64,000 bases of DNA, from positions 1 to 64,000 of IMG/VR virus record IMGVR_UViG_3300044539_000111; one strand, given 5' to 3'. The notes beneath the pieces are model-generated. The model did no database searches, was not told where the DNA came from, and saw nothing but the letters and a program-made list of their open reading frames with translations. Of this stretch, positions 18,681-29,588 are shown piece after piece. The position numbers and the translations under genes are program-made. The first letter of the stretch is position 1. Every line of letters begins with the position of its first letter. The DNA comes from a virus.

Positions 18681-18881
18681 ATGTCACAAAACAAAACAGA
18701 TTACTCAGAAAACTTCATTGTGGAATGCACAATGACAAGCAGAGAATACTATGACTTTCGTCTGCTAGCACTAACACACCAAATTCAATTCCTAGTCAAA
18801 TGGGAAAAGACTAAGTGTATAGTAGTATGCGAAGCTCCATTTCTCGCTAAGTGCGGATACAGTGCAGGTGTAGACTTTTAA
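18681..18881 (+). CDS. Early hypothetical protein
   Basis: 66 aa, downstream of GTTACTATCA motif. Confidence 0.65.
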   Translation: MSQNKTDYSENFIVECTMTSREYYDFRLLALTHQIQFLVKWEKTKCIVVCEAPFLAKCGYSAGVDF

Positions 18882-18966
18882 GTCCCTATAAGGCCTCTTA
18901 ACGGCTTGATAAGGAGTCAGTTAACGCTATTCTCTTTTCTAGTGCAACAATACCATGCCATTATAG

Positions 18967-19007
18967 TACCCTAATGACATCACACAAACGTCATTAGGGT
19001 ATTTTTT
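18967..19007 (+). terminator. Intrinsic terminator
   Basis: TACCCTAATGAC/GTCATTAGGGTA followed by T run. Confidence 0.75.
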
Positions 19008-19111
19008 ATGTATAATGGGTTCTTTTGTGCATGAGTAAGATTACCGCCTCCTTAAATCTTTAAAAGAGCATAGTGCTCAAAATCACTAATTAGTCATAAT
19101 AATATAGTTAT

Positions 19112-19384
19112 ATGAAAACAATAACCATTCTTAGCAGAGTCACTGCTAATCTCTCCGTAGGATTAGCAATACAACAATCATTCTACGGTTATCACTACAA
19201 CGCCTGGATAGACTTCAGCACTTGGTCAGCTACTACATTAGGGTTTGAATTAGTCTTCTTACTCTCTATAGTATTCTCTTCTATAAGGAATGCAACAAAA
19301 GTATCTGTAAGACCAATGAAATCTGTGATTAACAGGTTCTCAGAAGACGTAGCAGAAAATACTTACACTCCTAAAGACAAGTAG
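19112..19384 (+). CDS. Early membrane protein
   Basis: 90 aa with hydrophobic segment. Confidence 0.6.
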   Translation: MKTITILSRVTANLSVGLAIQQSFYGYHYNAWIDFSTWSATTLGFELVFLLSIVFSSIRNATKVSVRPMKSVINRFSEDVAENTYTPKDK

Positions 19385-19385
19385 T

Positions 19386-19568
19386 ATGTGGACAGTTATC
19401 TTACACTTCGACAGAGAACATGTGCAAATACACAAAGATCTCACAGCACATCAAGCACAACAAATACTCAGCGTAACACTATTCCATAACAAAGATTGTG
19501 TTAATGCCAATGTATTTATGCAAACTCAGGAAGATCCAAGAGATCAACCCGATTATCCAACTGAGTAG
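19386..19568 (+). CDS. Early hypothetical protein
   Basis: 60 aa directly after previous ORF; hairpin plus T run at about 19593-19628. Confidence 0.6.
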   Translation: MWTVILHFDREHVQIHKDLTAHQAQQILSVTLFHNKDCVNANVFMQTQEDPRDQPDYPTE

Positions 19569-19658
19569 CCTACGCATCTAGGCTCAGTATACTGGAGGAG
19601 ATGATGCAACTTATGCTCCTCCATTTTTATTCACTTCATTTTAAAAACCTTTAGACAA

Positions 19659-19808
19659 ATGAAAACAACTATTGTACCCAGAGTAATTTTACTCACAGCT
19701 TTTGTAACCCTTATCTTATTGGCAGCTACATCATGTGCAAGTAGTCACTACCAGCACTGTGATGCTTATGGCTCCACAAATCAAACTACCGATGGAAAAA
19801 GTATTTAA
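19659..19808 (+). CDS. 49-aa lipoprotein, paralog of 16911-17147
   Basis: Not in track; ...LILLAATSCASSHYQHCDAYG. Confidence 0.7.
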   Translation: MKTTIVPRVILLTAFVTLILLAATSCASSHYQHCDAYGSTNQTTDGKSI

Positions 19809-20298
19809 TACTATCGGCCCTATAGTACTGCTCACCGTTGTGTGGGTAGTACTTATCGTGTATATTCTTAACACACGAACAAGATTAGCATGTCCTACAG
19901 TTGTAATTGACAGAGGTAGCTATCAATTAATCCTTGGTAAAGATGCTAAGCAAATATTCTACCATTACGGTGTATCATCTATGCATGGATTATCGCTTGC
20001 TGGAGCAGAAAAAAGAATTGCTGAAGGCGGATCGTATATTGATGGTCTATGCAATTATCATCCAAGAGATAAAAATCTTGACAAAAATCCTTTACCGTTT
20101 ATATTCCTAAACATAGGTTCATTGCAAAATAACTATAGTAATCATGAAGTCTACACCTGCGTGATGCACGAGTGTATGCACATGGCTGGGTTAATTTATA
20201 ATGGCTGTTGGGATTCCCACGAAGAAGAAATGATAACATGGGCGGAAAAAGAAGCCAATGAAATCATAGTTCTCTTACAGAAAAAAAAGTTTATCTAA
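19792..20298 (+). CDS. Membrane-anchored zincin-like metallopeptidase
   Basis: N-terminal TM segment; MHECMH (HExxH) plus downstream HEEE. Confidence 0.6.
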   Translation: MEKVFNTIGPIVLLTVVWVVLIVYILNTRTRLACPTVVIDRGSYQLILGKDAKQIFYHYGVSSMHGLSLAGAEKRIAEGGSYIDGLCNYHPRDKNLDKNPLPFIFLNIGSLQNNYSNHEVYTCVMHECMHMAGLIYNGCWDSHEEEMITWAEKEANEIIVLLQKKKFI

Positions 20299-20308
20299 AT
20301 TAAATCAA

Positions 20309-20587
20309 ATGAAATTACTTATTTTAATAATGGCTGCGTTTGGAATGCAGTCAGGCGTGCCTAAGCACATTGCAACAACAGATAGCTTTAGCTATTCTGA
20401 AATGCGCTTCATCAAGAATGTCTTGCGAATTAATGGTGATGAAAAGCCAGAGGTATTTAAATTACCTAATGGCAAGATTGCCGTGAACTATGACAACCAG
20501 CGTATGGTTCTTGGTCAAGATGGATTTATCCATGACCTTGAGATCTATGAAGGTGGTGAATGGATCGACTTAGGTCCTGAATATTAA
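20309..20587 (+). CDS. Putative secreted protein
   Basis: Signal-peptide-like N-terminus. Confidence 0.55.
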   Translation: MKLLILIMAAFGMQSGVPKHIATTDSFSYSEMRFIKNVLRINGDEKPEVFKLPNGKIAVNYDNQRMVLGQDGFIHDLEIYEGGEWIDLGPEY

Positions 20588-20610
20588 TACTGTCTGCAAC
20601 CCAGATGGTA

Positions 20611-20682
20611 GGTATAGTAAGCTCAACTGGTAGAGCTGTAGCAACACTGCTATGTGTGTGGGTTCGATTCCCTCCTATACCG
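20611..20682 (+). tRNA. tRNA-like element/pseudo-tRNA, anticodon unassignable
   Basis: GGTATAG/CTATACC acceptor, GCTC-AACTGGTA-GAGC D arm, TTCGATT T loop; anticodon loop only 6 nt (AACACT); no CCA. Confidence 0.65.
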
Positions 20683-20775
20683 CTAACCCCTAAAATTAAT
20701 TCCCATGAAGGAAATAGTAATCACCGTATTGTTAATGGCATTGTGCTATTCACAGTACATTTTAAATCAAAAGAG

Positions 20776-21591
20776 ATGAAAGCATTTGAACCCGTAAAGA
20801 CCTTGAGTAAAAACAAGGCAACCATTGGTGATATATTCATCATTGAAGGTACAGAACGCACAGTTACTAATGTAACTACTCAGTATGTGTATTTGGATAA
20901 CAAGAAATACTACATAAAAAAAATGTTCAACAGTTGGATGCGTATTGCTAAAACTGTAGCAACAAGAGATATGCAGTCTGAAATGAAGAACCTTGCATCC
21001 AAGCACAGAGAAACGGAAACAATGATCATGCGCAAGGAAGCTAAGGCTATCTATGATGAGAAGTATCGGCAACCTGCAATCAATCGCATGGGTGTAGATA
21101 CAAGCTTAAAAATGTATATTGTTCTTACAGGTGTAGCAGATACCATCAAGTTCTATTTCTCACCTACATTTAAGTCAGACGCAGAAGACTTAGAACTTTC
21201 TTATAAATCTTTGCATGGTACTAAGTATTCAGCATTCGCATGGGGATACTACATACAATATGGTTCAGACATTGCATTGATTGGAATGAACTCTTACAAA
21301 GAAAGAAATGTTTCAGACAAGCGTAAAGATTTTGCAATGAACTGCTTGAACAAAGAAGTCATTAACAACACTAAAGTCAATGCACGCTTGTATAACAGCA
21401 TGTTTAACATGTTCAATGTCCAAGACAAGGAACGCAAGTTACTATCATCACCACAAGAATCCCCAAAAGAATCCAAACCAGTAGAACAAAAACATTGGTC
21501 AGGACTCAACGGAGAAATGGCTCAAGAAAGCGTAGACCAAGGTCTTAGTCAAATGCTAGATGACAATGACGATGACGGATTTCCATTTTAA
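20776..21591 (+). CDS. Early protein with SSB-like acidic tail
   Basis: Likely start MKAFEP; ends DDNDDDGFPF. Confidence 0.75.
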   Translation: MKAFEPVKTLSKNKATIGDIFIIEGTERTVTNVTTQYVYLDNKKYYIKKMFNSWMRIAKTVATRDMQSEMKNLASKHRETETMIMRKEAKAIYDEKYRQPAINRMGVDTSLKMYIVLTGVADTIKFYFSPTFKSDAEDLELSYKSLHGTKYSAFAWGYYIQYGSDIALIGMNSYKERNVSDKRKDFAMNCLNKEVINNTKVNARLYNSMFNMFNVQDKERKLLSSPQESPKESKPVEQKHWSGLNGEMAQESVDQGLSQMLDDNDDDGFPF

Positions 21592-24500
21592 GAAACAAGG
21601 GTTAGTGCCGGAGATTACATCAAAGGTGCTATCCTATAATTTAAACCCTATGACAAAGAAAATCAGGTATTGCGGTAGACGGAAAGATGGCCACATGGCA
21701 TTCCTTAGTCTACCAGCTCACGAAGCTTTAAGCAGAGGAAAATCATTTGAACAAAATGGTTATGACATGACACTCACTGAATTAGACGAATTATGTTATC
21801 ACATGCATAAGCATTGCCCTCATCTAAATGTAAGAATGAGCGGACATCATGAATTTACAATCAAAGAATTGTACAACATGTGCCCGGAAATTCTATTAGA
21901 CCTCCTGGATCTTAATGGAGGAATTGAATACATAGCCCAAATCTTAATTGGGTATGAAGAATTGTATAACCAAGAACAATCTGTAATAGCATGGCGAGAA
22001 AATCAAGAGTAGTTGAACCATTTCCACTAATGTGTTGTCTTCCGGGACATGAAAATGTATGGCCTGAACAAGGTATATTAAAAAAGTTAACCCGTAAGTT
22101 CTACCATAAAAGTGGTACGGAGTTAAGATTAGAACAAGAACAACAAATCAAATTATTACCCACCCTCAAAAACTTTTAAAATGACAGATCAACAAATTGA
22201 TCGCATGACAAGCGGTGCTTGTATCATGTGGGATGGTAACATCTGCAAGTCAGGTGAATTTACCAGCCGAATGAAATACAAAGATTCTAAACACAAACCC
22301 ACTGAATCTGAATTAAAAAAAATCACAGATCTTTTTCCTACAGATATAACTCGTATTGATGAGATTGAAAATCCTGATGTGCATGAATGGTATCAAATTG
22401 GAGATGACAAGTATGGTCGTACTATGTATTGCCACAAAACTGGTATTAGAAGACAACAAACTATGGGTGAGTTCTATCAAAATTCAACTGTTGACTAATG
22501 GGAACAAGTAACTTTCACAATGTCAATGCGCGTAATGTGTATGCAGTGTTGATGAACTACGAGCAGCCAGTATTGGATGAAGACGGAGAAGAAACAGATG
22601 TAATGGAAGATTGCGCTCCTGAATCATGGGAATGTGATGACTTCTTCAACAACTTAAAAGAAAATGCTATGGAATTGGCTCCCACAAAGGGATTCAGCTA
22701 CCACCATACATGTGATACAGATCCGCATGAACTTAGAAGTTATGCATCTATACCACAGTTTCAGTTCTATAAGAACAAGAAGTTTGGTGACATTGATATT
22801 ACAGTAAACATTAATTGTGTAGTGAGAGGTGCATACTATGAAGGAGCAAGTCTTGATTGGTATATTACCTATGATGCATGTGATGTTAACATGGATCAAA
22901 TTGATTTCTTAGCAGATGCACAATGGTATTCAGATATGCCAGCAGGTATGATTAAGATTCAATGTAAGAACGCTGAACGCTTTGCTTCCAATATAGCAGA
23001 TGAATTGATTGAAGTTGTAGAAGATTTCTTTAAGGAAAACTCTATGCCATTAGCAGTTACTGCTAGATTCAGCAATGGAGAAACACATTACGCAAAAATT
23101 TAAGACATGGGACAGTACTATAAAGCAATATTGCTTGACAAAGAAAAAAAGAATGTAGTTGGTTGGGTATCTCCATATCAATATGATTCAGGATCCAAAT
23201 TAATGGAGCATTCATGGATGAAAAATGATTTTGTAAAGTCATTTGAAAACATGATATACAAAAATCCAATGCCAGTTACATGGTGCGGTGATTACGCTGA
23301 TGCACTAGACGGTTCTGAAGAAGGAGATAATTTTTATAGTCTTTGTGAAGACAAAACTAATATAACTCCAACAACTGAATTAGGTCAACACAAAAGTCGT
23401 TATGTAATTAACCATGATACGCAAGAATATGTTGACAAAACAACTGTTCCTACAGACAAAGACGGTTGGCAAATACATCCGCTTCCATTGTTAACCTGTG
23501 AAGGTAACGGTAGAGGAGGCGGTGATTTCCGTGGTGAATCAGAACTTGTAGGCTTATGGTCACGCAATTTAATTTCAGTGTCTGAAGAATTACCTGAAGG
23601 ATACACAGAATTAGAATTTAATATTGTAGAGTAGGATATGTAGGGTGAATAATTGGACCACCGTTGCAGTCTAACTCGCGGTGGTTCTTTATTCTAATGA
23701 CGCTAAGACAGCAGGGATAGACTTGCACTGGTTGTACATGAGGGTAGGTTTGTGACATTACCTACCCTTTAACTTTTAAAAATTAAACTATGAAAAAATT
23801 CCACATTTGCTTTGTCCTTGCTACAGAACTTTGTTCAGGCATTAACATTGATGCAAAAGATTACATTGAAGCAGTTAAAACTTTTAATATACTTCATGGT
23901 GATAAAGAAATTATTTATGTGTCAGCAATGGCTGCATAGTAATAGCATAACTCATGACAAAAGAAAATCTAGCTGACTTGTTAGAAACAAAGTTTTACAG
24001 TGCTGCTAAAGTAACACAACAAAGATTACTTAAATTTTTATTAGACAATGTGTCTGATAAAGACATGCTTGTAGATTTCCTTAATGAAAAGAAACTCAGA
24101 AACAATGAGAAACATTTTCAAGAGGGTGACTACATATATGTACCGCTTACCGTAAGTTCATACCCTGGACCATACAAAAAATACTATGAAGACAACGCTC
24201 TTCTAGTAAATGATTTGTATATTCGTGTCCTAGTTGAACATATAAATCCAATCACGGGTTATACCGGTTTAGCTTTAGTTACTGATAATTCTGAAAAAGA
24301 AACAGTAGTTGATGTCTACACCAGCTATATCCCAAACCAAAAAGAAATAACAATTATGTAATCATTCATGATATATCAACTTCCAAATGGTAAGATTATT
24401 AATATTAGCATTGAGGCTTATCTCAGAATGTCTGACGAAGACTTGCGCTATCTTGATGAATCAAACTTTGGAAGTAGCATAGGTGACACCAGTCCCTTTG

Positions 24501-25199
24501 ATGTAACAGAAGATACTACAGAAAACATACAGTTTGTAGAAGATTACATAGAAGATCTACCAGAGGACATAGAGTTCCCCGATGACATAGATCTTGACGA
24601 ATAAATTCACCCCACAAAAAACATTTAAGATGAAAACAGTTAACAGCTTTGACGGCTTACAGGAATTAATGTATTCCGGCCAGATGGAATCTAAGCAATT
24701 CCCAACAACTTCTGTTGTGGATTACACAACACTTACTCAAGGTCAATACAAAATGTTTAAACATTTGATGGTCGGTCTTGATATGTACACTCCTCAAGAA
24801 CTTTATGCTATGAACAGTAGCAAGAAAGCTAAAATCTTTAAGAGAAATAAATTGACACAAACAATTTTAAATCTTTGGAAACAGGAGATCATGTTGAATA
24901 AAACTAATAGCCTTGCTGCATTTGCAGACACTGAGTTAGTTTCTTTTACAAAAGAACATAAGAATGGTACTTGTGCTGCACCAAATAGTTTTACTAAAGA
25001 AGTAAGCATTAAAAAGAATGAACCATTGTCTAGCATTTTTACAACAGCCGCGTTAAAAAAGTTATTGTCTGTTGAAGTTAAACCAGATCCTAAATTCATC
25101 TGTACTTTATCATTCAAAGACTTGGGTATTACTAAGACTGACATCATTAACAAATTGATTCAGGAAAATCTTTTACCTGTAAACTTTGCAGCTGCATGA
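21560..25199 (+). CDS. Cluster of early hypothetical genes (21560-22012, 21991-22179, 22181-22498, 22498-23103, 23107-23634, 23790-23939, 23954-24361, 24368-24604, 24594-25199)
   Basis: Tightly packed co-directional ORFs; MGTSNF and MGQYY N-termini look like common phage early proteins. Confidence 0.7.
23641..23775 (+). ncRNA. Intergenic structured RNA candidate (two hairpins with complementary loops plus a terminator-like hairpin)
   Basis: Loop TGCAGTCTA (23665-23673) complements loop TAGACTTGCA (23718-23727) with a 1-nt bulge; GU-rich stems. Confidence 0.5.
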
Positions 25200-25597
25200 T
25201 TACCAAGATGAAAGAATGTAACGGGTGTCATCAACAGAAATACATTTACAAGAATGTAACTATTGATGGCACTCGCTATAAACTTTGTAAAGATTGTGCA
25301 TTCAAACAAGATGTAAAAGTTCAGCCAACGCGAACACAAATCAAAAAGGTTAGTGACAAAAAGAAAAAGCTCGATGGACTATATACTAAACTTAGAAAAG
25401 TTCAGTTAGAAAAACATTCGGTTTGTCAAATTAATACAGCTGATTGTACTAAACAATCAACTGAGATTCACCATGCTGCATATAGAACAGGCGATAACTT
25501 TTTAGGAGTTGACACTTGGTTTGCAACATGTCGTGCATGTCACCAGTGGGTGCATGCCAACCCAAAAGAAGCAAGAGAGTTAGGATTTTTAAAATAG
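25196..25597 (+). CDS. Zinc finger/HNH (NinG-like) nuclease
   Basis: CNGC..CKDC; CQ..C..STEIHH...CRACHQWVH. Confidence 0.7.
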   Translation: MITKMKECNGCHQQKYIYKNVTIDGTRYKLCKDCAFKQDVKVQPTRTQIKKVSDKKKKLDGLYTKLRKVQLEKHSVCQINTADCTKQSTEIHHAAYRTGDNFLGVDTWFATCRACHQWVHANPKEARELGFLK

Positions 25598-25953
25598 AAT
25601 AGTATGTCGGAAGATAAAGTATTTATTGAAGGAAGAGAAGTAAAGTTTGAAGACTTAGGTGCACCTGTATTATACATGCCACCTCATGCAATAGACGAAG
25701 ACCACCCTGATTGCGAAGTAGGATTCATTTCTACTGTGCGTGATGGCGGTATATGGGCACGTTTCCATGAAGGAGATTGCGGTGCTAAATGTCCACCAGA
25801 AAATTTAAGATGGCTATGAATAATTTTGTATGTAGTGAATGCGGTACTAAGTATAGCTCACCAGAAACAACACCACCTCCAGGTATTAAATGGAATGACG
25901 GTCATGAATGTACACCTCAGCCTGTAAAAAAATAACCTTTAAATCAGAATAAG

Positions 25954-26178
25954 ATGAAAAAAGTAATTATGATTATGACTGTAGCTTTATTAGCAATGTC
26001 ATGTGAAAAGAAAAATTGTAACTGTGGAGTTATACAAAGTGATAACGTGCAAGATTATTCTGTAGTAATTAAGAACAGTTGTTCACAGAATAATAAAACC
26101 TTTTACTTAACTGAAGGTGATTGGATGAATGCACATCCTGGACAAAATTATTGTATTACAAATGTAACCTCTTGGTAA
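25954..26178 (+). CDS. Small Cys-rich lipoprotein
   Basis: MKKV...LLAMSCEKKNCNCG lipobox. Confidence 0.7.
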   Translation: MKKVIMIMTVALLAMSCEKKNCNCGVIQSDNVQDYSVVIKNSCSQNNKTFYLTEGDWMNAHPGQNYCITNVTSW

Positions 26179-26179
26179 C

Positions 26180-27271
26180 ATGAATAAGAAATCAGAAATT
26201 CAAGCTGCTTGTCTTACAGCTATAGGAACAAGGAAATATTCTGGTGTCATCTTAGGCACAGGTGCAGGCAAAACATTGTTAGGCCTCAAACACATGGCAA
26301 AAAGATATACAGATACATCATTGTTCTTAGTAGTCGCACCTAAAATATCTATTCATCAGGAATGGATTAACCAGGCGCAAGAACACGGGCTTGAGTATCT
26401 GATACCACACATGCAATTCATAACGTACATTAGCTTACATAAAGCTAATTACAATTATGATTTTGTTTATCTTGATGAATGTCACAACGCTAAGAAAAAG
26501 CACGGTGATTGGTTGAGATTATATGACGGCCCAATACTTGGGTTGACCGGAAGTTATCCTAAGTACAAAACATCTGAATCATTTATAGTTTGTAATGAGT
26601 TCTGTCCAGTAATCTACAAGTATGAGATCAGTGATGGTATTGCTGACCGCATGCTTAATGATTATCGGATCTATGTTCATTTGCTTGAGCTAAACAGTAA
26701 GCCTTCAGTGCGTACTAAAAGCGGAGGACTCATGTCTGAAGTAGCCAACTATAACATGTGGACTAAGTTCATTGATCAAGCTAAAGATGAAAAGAAAAAG
26801 ATGATGCAACGGATCATGCGTTTGAAAGCAATGCAGTCATACAAAACAAAGGTTGACTATGCACAAGCATTACTTGATGAACAAACAGAAAAAACATTAG
26901 TGTTCACAGATTATACTGAACAAGCTGATCTTATCTGTAAACATGTGTATCATTCTAAAGAACCAAGGTCAAAAGAATACTTAGATTTGTTTAAGTCAGG
27001 AAAAATTAGTAAATTAAGTTCAGTGCTTCAGATAGCTGAAGGTGCAAACATTCCAAACTTAAAGGTTGGGATCATCATGCATGCGTATGCCAATGAAAAG
27101 AAACTTAAACAAAAGATCGGTAGGTTTCTAAGACTTAATCCAAATGAAAAAAGTATTGTACATTTACTGTGCTATAAGGATACTGTAGATTATCATTGGT
27201 GCAAGAGTGCATTAAAAGATTTTGATAAAACTAAAATATTTAAATACAATGGCAAAGCTAGTATTACATAA
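26180..27271 (+). CDS. SF2 (DExH) helicase
   Basis: GTGAGKT, LDECH, LGLTGS, EGANIP, QKIGRFLR. Confidence 0.9.
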   Translation: MNKKSEIQAACLTAIGTRKYSGVILGTGAGKTLLGLKHMAKRYTDTSLFLVVAPKISIHQEWINQAQEHGLEYLIPHMQFITYISLHKANYNYDFVYLDECHNAKKKHGDWLRLYDGPILGLTGSYPKYKTSESFIVCNEFCPVIYKYEISDGIADRMLNDYRIYVHLLELNSKPSVRTKSGGLMSEVANYNMWTKFIDQAKDEKKKMMQRIMRLKAMQSYKTKVDYAQALLDEQTEKTLVFTDYTEQADLICKHVYHSKEPRSKEYLDLFKSGKISKLSSVLQIAEGANIPNLKVGIIMHAYANEKKLKQKIGRFLRLNPNEKSIVHLLCYKDTVDYHWCKSALKDFDKTKIFKYNGKASIT

Positions 27272-27470
27272 TGATGACAAGAATAGTTTCATGTTTGTTA
27301 AAGCATGTTTGATTAGGTACTGTGAACACATGCCTATCCAAGCTGATCAATGTGTATTGATTGCTCACAACAACAAGAAGGTAACTATTAAGAGTGGAGA
27401 TTTTATGGAATTACTGGATATAAAAAATAAATTAGAAACACTTAACATAACTGTTGAGTTAACACAGTAA
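27249..27470 (+). CDS. clpS: ClpS-like protease adaptor
   Basis: LVLHNDDKNSFMFVKACL...QADQCVLIAHNNKK. Confidence 0.8.
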   Translation: MAKLVLHNDDKNSFMFVKACLIRYCEHMPIQADQCVLIAHNNKKVTIKSGDFMELLDIKNKLETLNITVELTQ

Positions 27471-27472
27471 AT

Positions 27473-29030
27473 ATGGAACATGAACCGTTAATGAATCTAA
27501 GGCCTAAGACACCAGAAGAAAAACTCTTATGGATGGAACTAGAGAATAAAAAACTAATTGCTGAAACAAAACAACTCAAGGTTGAAATTGGTATTCTTAA
27601 ATCAGAAGCTCAAGAGATAAAACATCTCATGAAGCAAGAAGAAAAAGGAGCACTCATTCTTAAAAATAAAAAACTACAAATTCAAATTCAAGATAAAGAT
27701 AACCGCATCAAAGATTTGAAGAGAGAGAATGAATTGTTCTTACAGAAAATAATCAAATTGCAAACACCATGACAATTAAAGTAGAAGTACCAGACAACAT
27801 TGTTGCATTACTACGAGATGACTATGGATATAGTAAACCTCAATGTGAGAACATACTCAAAACATTCTTAATAGAAGTGCTGTCAGGTTGGTATGGTAAT
27901 TTTGAAGCAGATTTTAATTTATGGTTAGGAGAAAAAAGTGAAGAAGAGTTAAACCAAATTAAACAAGGAAGACAACTATGAGCTTACCAATGAAAATCAT
28001 GTGCATCAATGACAAGAATAAACCTAAAGAAATCCCGCAAGAAAAATGGGTACAAGCAGGTGAAATCTATACATTGATTGAGGCACAGCCGTTACTATCA
28101 TCAAACTCACTTGGGTTCGTACTTGCAGAAATCACGCTTGGAGAAGATTGTTTTCCTTATCACTACTTCAATCCAGACCGTTTTGCTCCAATAGATGAAC
28201 AAGAATTTGATGCACTTGAAGCAGAATTAGATGAAATCTTAAATCCAACGCTGGCGTAATGCCTGAACTCACCGCTCGCTCAAAAAAAAGAATTGGCTTA
28301 ATGTATGAAAATGGAATTTCTGTAAAAGATATAGCCAGAGATAAAGACATGAGCATTTTAGATGTAGAGCAAATCATTATTGATGAAGGTTACATAAAAA
28401 GAATAACACCGCGTAGTACCGGAATACTTGGCAGCAAAACAGAACCATACTTTGAGTCTGAAGAACAAATGCTAAATCCTCCAGTATATGAATACAATGA
28501 ACTAACAAAAGAAGAAAAGAAGTTTTATGAATCACGGAATGATAAATAAGTTTTTTTACAGCGGCTTGGTTAGTAATGATCAAGATTTGTATGAACTCTA
28601 CCCAGATTTAAAACAATTGCAAAGATACTTTGCTAAAGTAAATAGGAGAGATAGATACTATGTTGCCATGAAATATCATGCTGTCAAATTAGCCAAAATC
28701 ATCTATCCTGAAATAGTATTAGAACAAATTGCAGAAATTATTAATGTTACAAATCATGCAACAGTTTTTTACTATATAAACACTTACATTCCAGTTGAAG
28801 GACATGGTGAGTTTATCTCAAAACATTTCAACAACTTTGTTAAAAATCAAATTTATCCATTAACCGCTTATGGAAAAGACAGAAAAGAGCATGGACTATT
28901 TAAGCAAGTTGCACTTGACGAATACACAGAACAAAATGAAGAGTCCTCTTCAAAGAAAAAGAAAGAAAGAAAGAGGAATGGTAATAGCTACGTCTTTGCA
29001 GTTAAGAGAGATAAGAAGGAACGCTATTAG
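27473..29030 (+). CDS. Cluster of hypothetical genes (27473-27772 coiled coil, 27769-27981, 27978-28259, 28259-28549 HTH-like, 28527-29030 with DnaA-C-like NHATV)
   Basis: Overlapping start/stop codons. Confidence 0.65.
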
Positions 29031-29069
29031 ATATATAAACCCAGATGTTGAACCTTAAAAATAAACAAT

Positions 29070-29588
29070 ATGCCAAATTGGTGTTGGAATACTGTAGAGT
29101 TTACCGGAGAAGAAAAAAATCTAAATAATCTTAGCAAATTACTTGATAAAACAATTAAGATGCAAGAGATAACAGGAAACGGAGAGTTACTATTTGGACT
29201 AGAAGGTTCAATTGATGGTTACATGTTTAATATAAATAATGTGGATTCAGATGAAGGCTGGCTTAACTTTTCATTTGAATCTAAATGGAGTCCAATTCCA
29301 AATGACATAGTAAGAATTGCAGAGTTATTTAATTTGCAGTTTATTTATGACTATGAAGAAAGCGGAAATGGAATTCATGGCAAATACACATTTGAAATCA
29401 TTGGTGATGAAGGTAACTTGTATGAACAATCACCTACTGAAGAACAAATCAATGAGTGCAGATTTCAAGAAGAAGATGATGATGAAGATTGTCCAAGTGG
29501 ATTTGACTATGAAAAGTTAGAAGGCTTTATTGAAAGCGCGTCAATGGAAAGTTGTCAAGTCACCAGAGTTAATGAAAAAGCCGCATGA
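29070..29588 (+). CDS. YubB-like ferredoxin-fold protein
   Basis: MPNWCWN N-terminus, FESKWSP, YEESG. Confidence 0.65.
   Translation: MPNWCWNTVEFTGEEKNLNNLSKLLDKTIKMQEITGNGELLFGLEGSIDGYMFNINNVDSDEGWLNFSFESKWSPIPNDIVRIAELFNLQFIYDYEESGNGIHGKYTFEIIGDEGNLYEQSPTEEQINECRFQEEDDDEDCPSGFDYEKLEGFIESASMESCQVTRVNEKAA

Noticed and set aside
20605-20775. N-terminal extension of ORF 20605-21591
   Set aside because: Runs through the tRNA-like element; ATG at 20776 with an A-rich leader is more plausible
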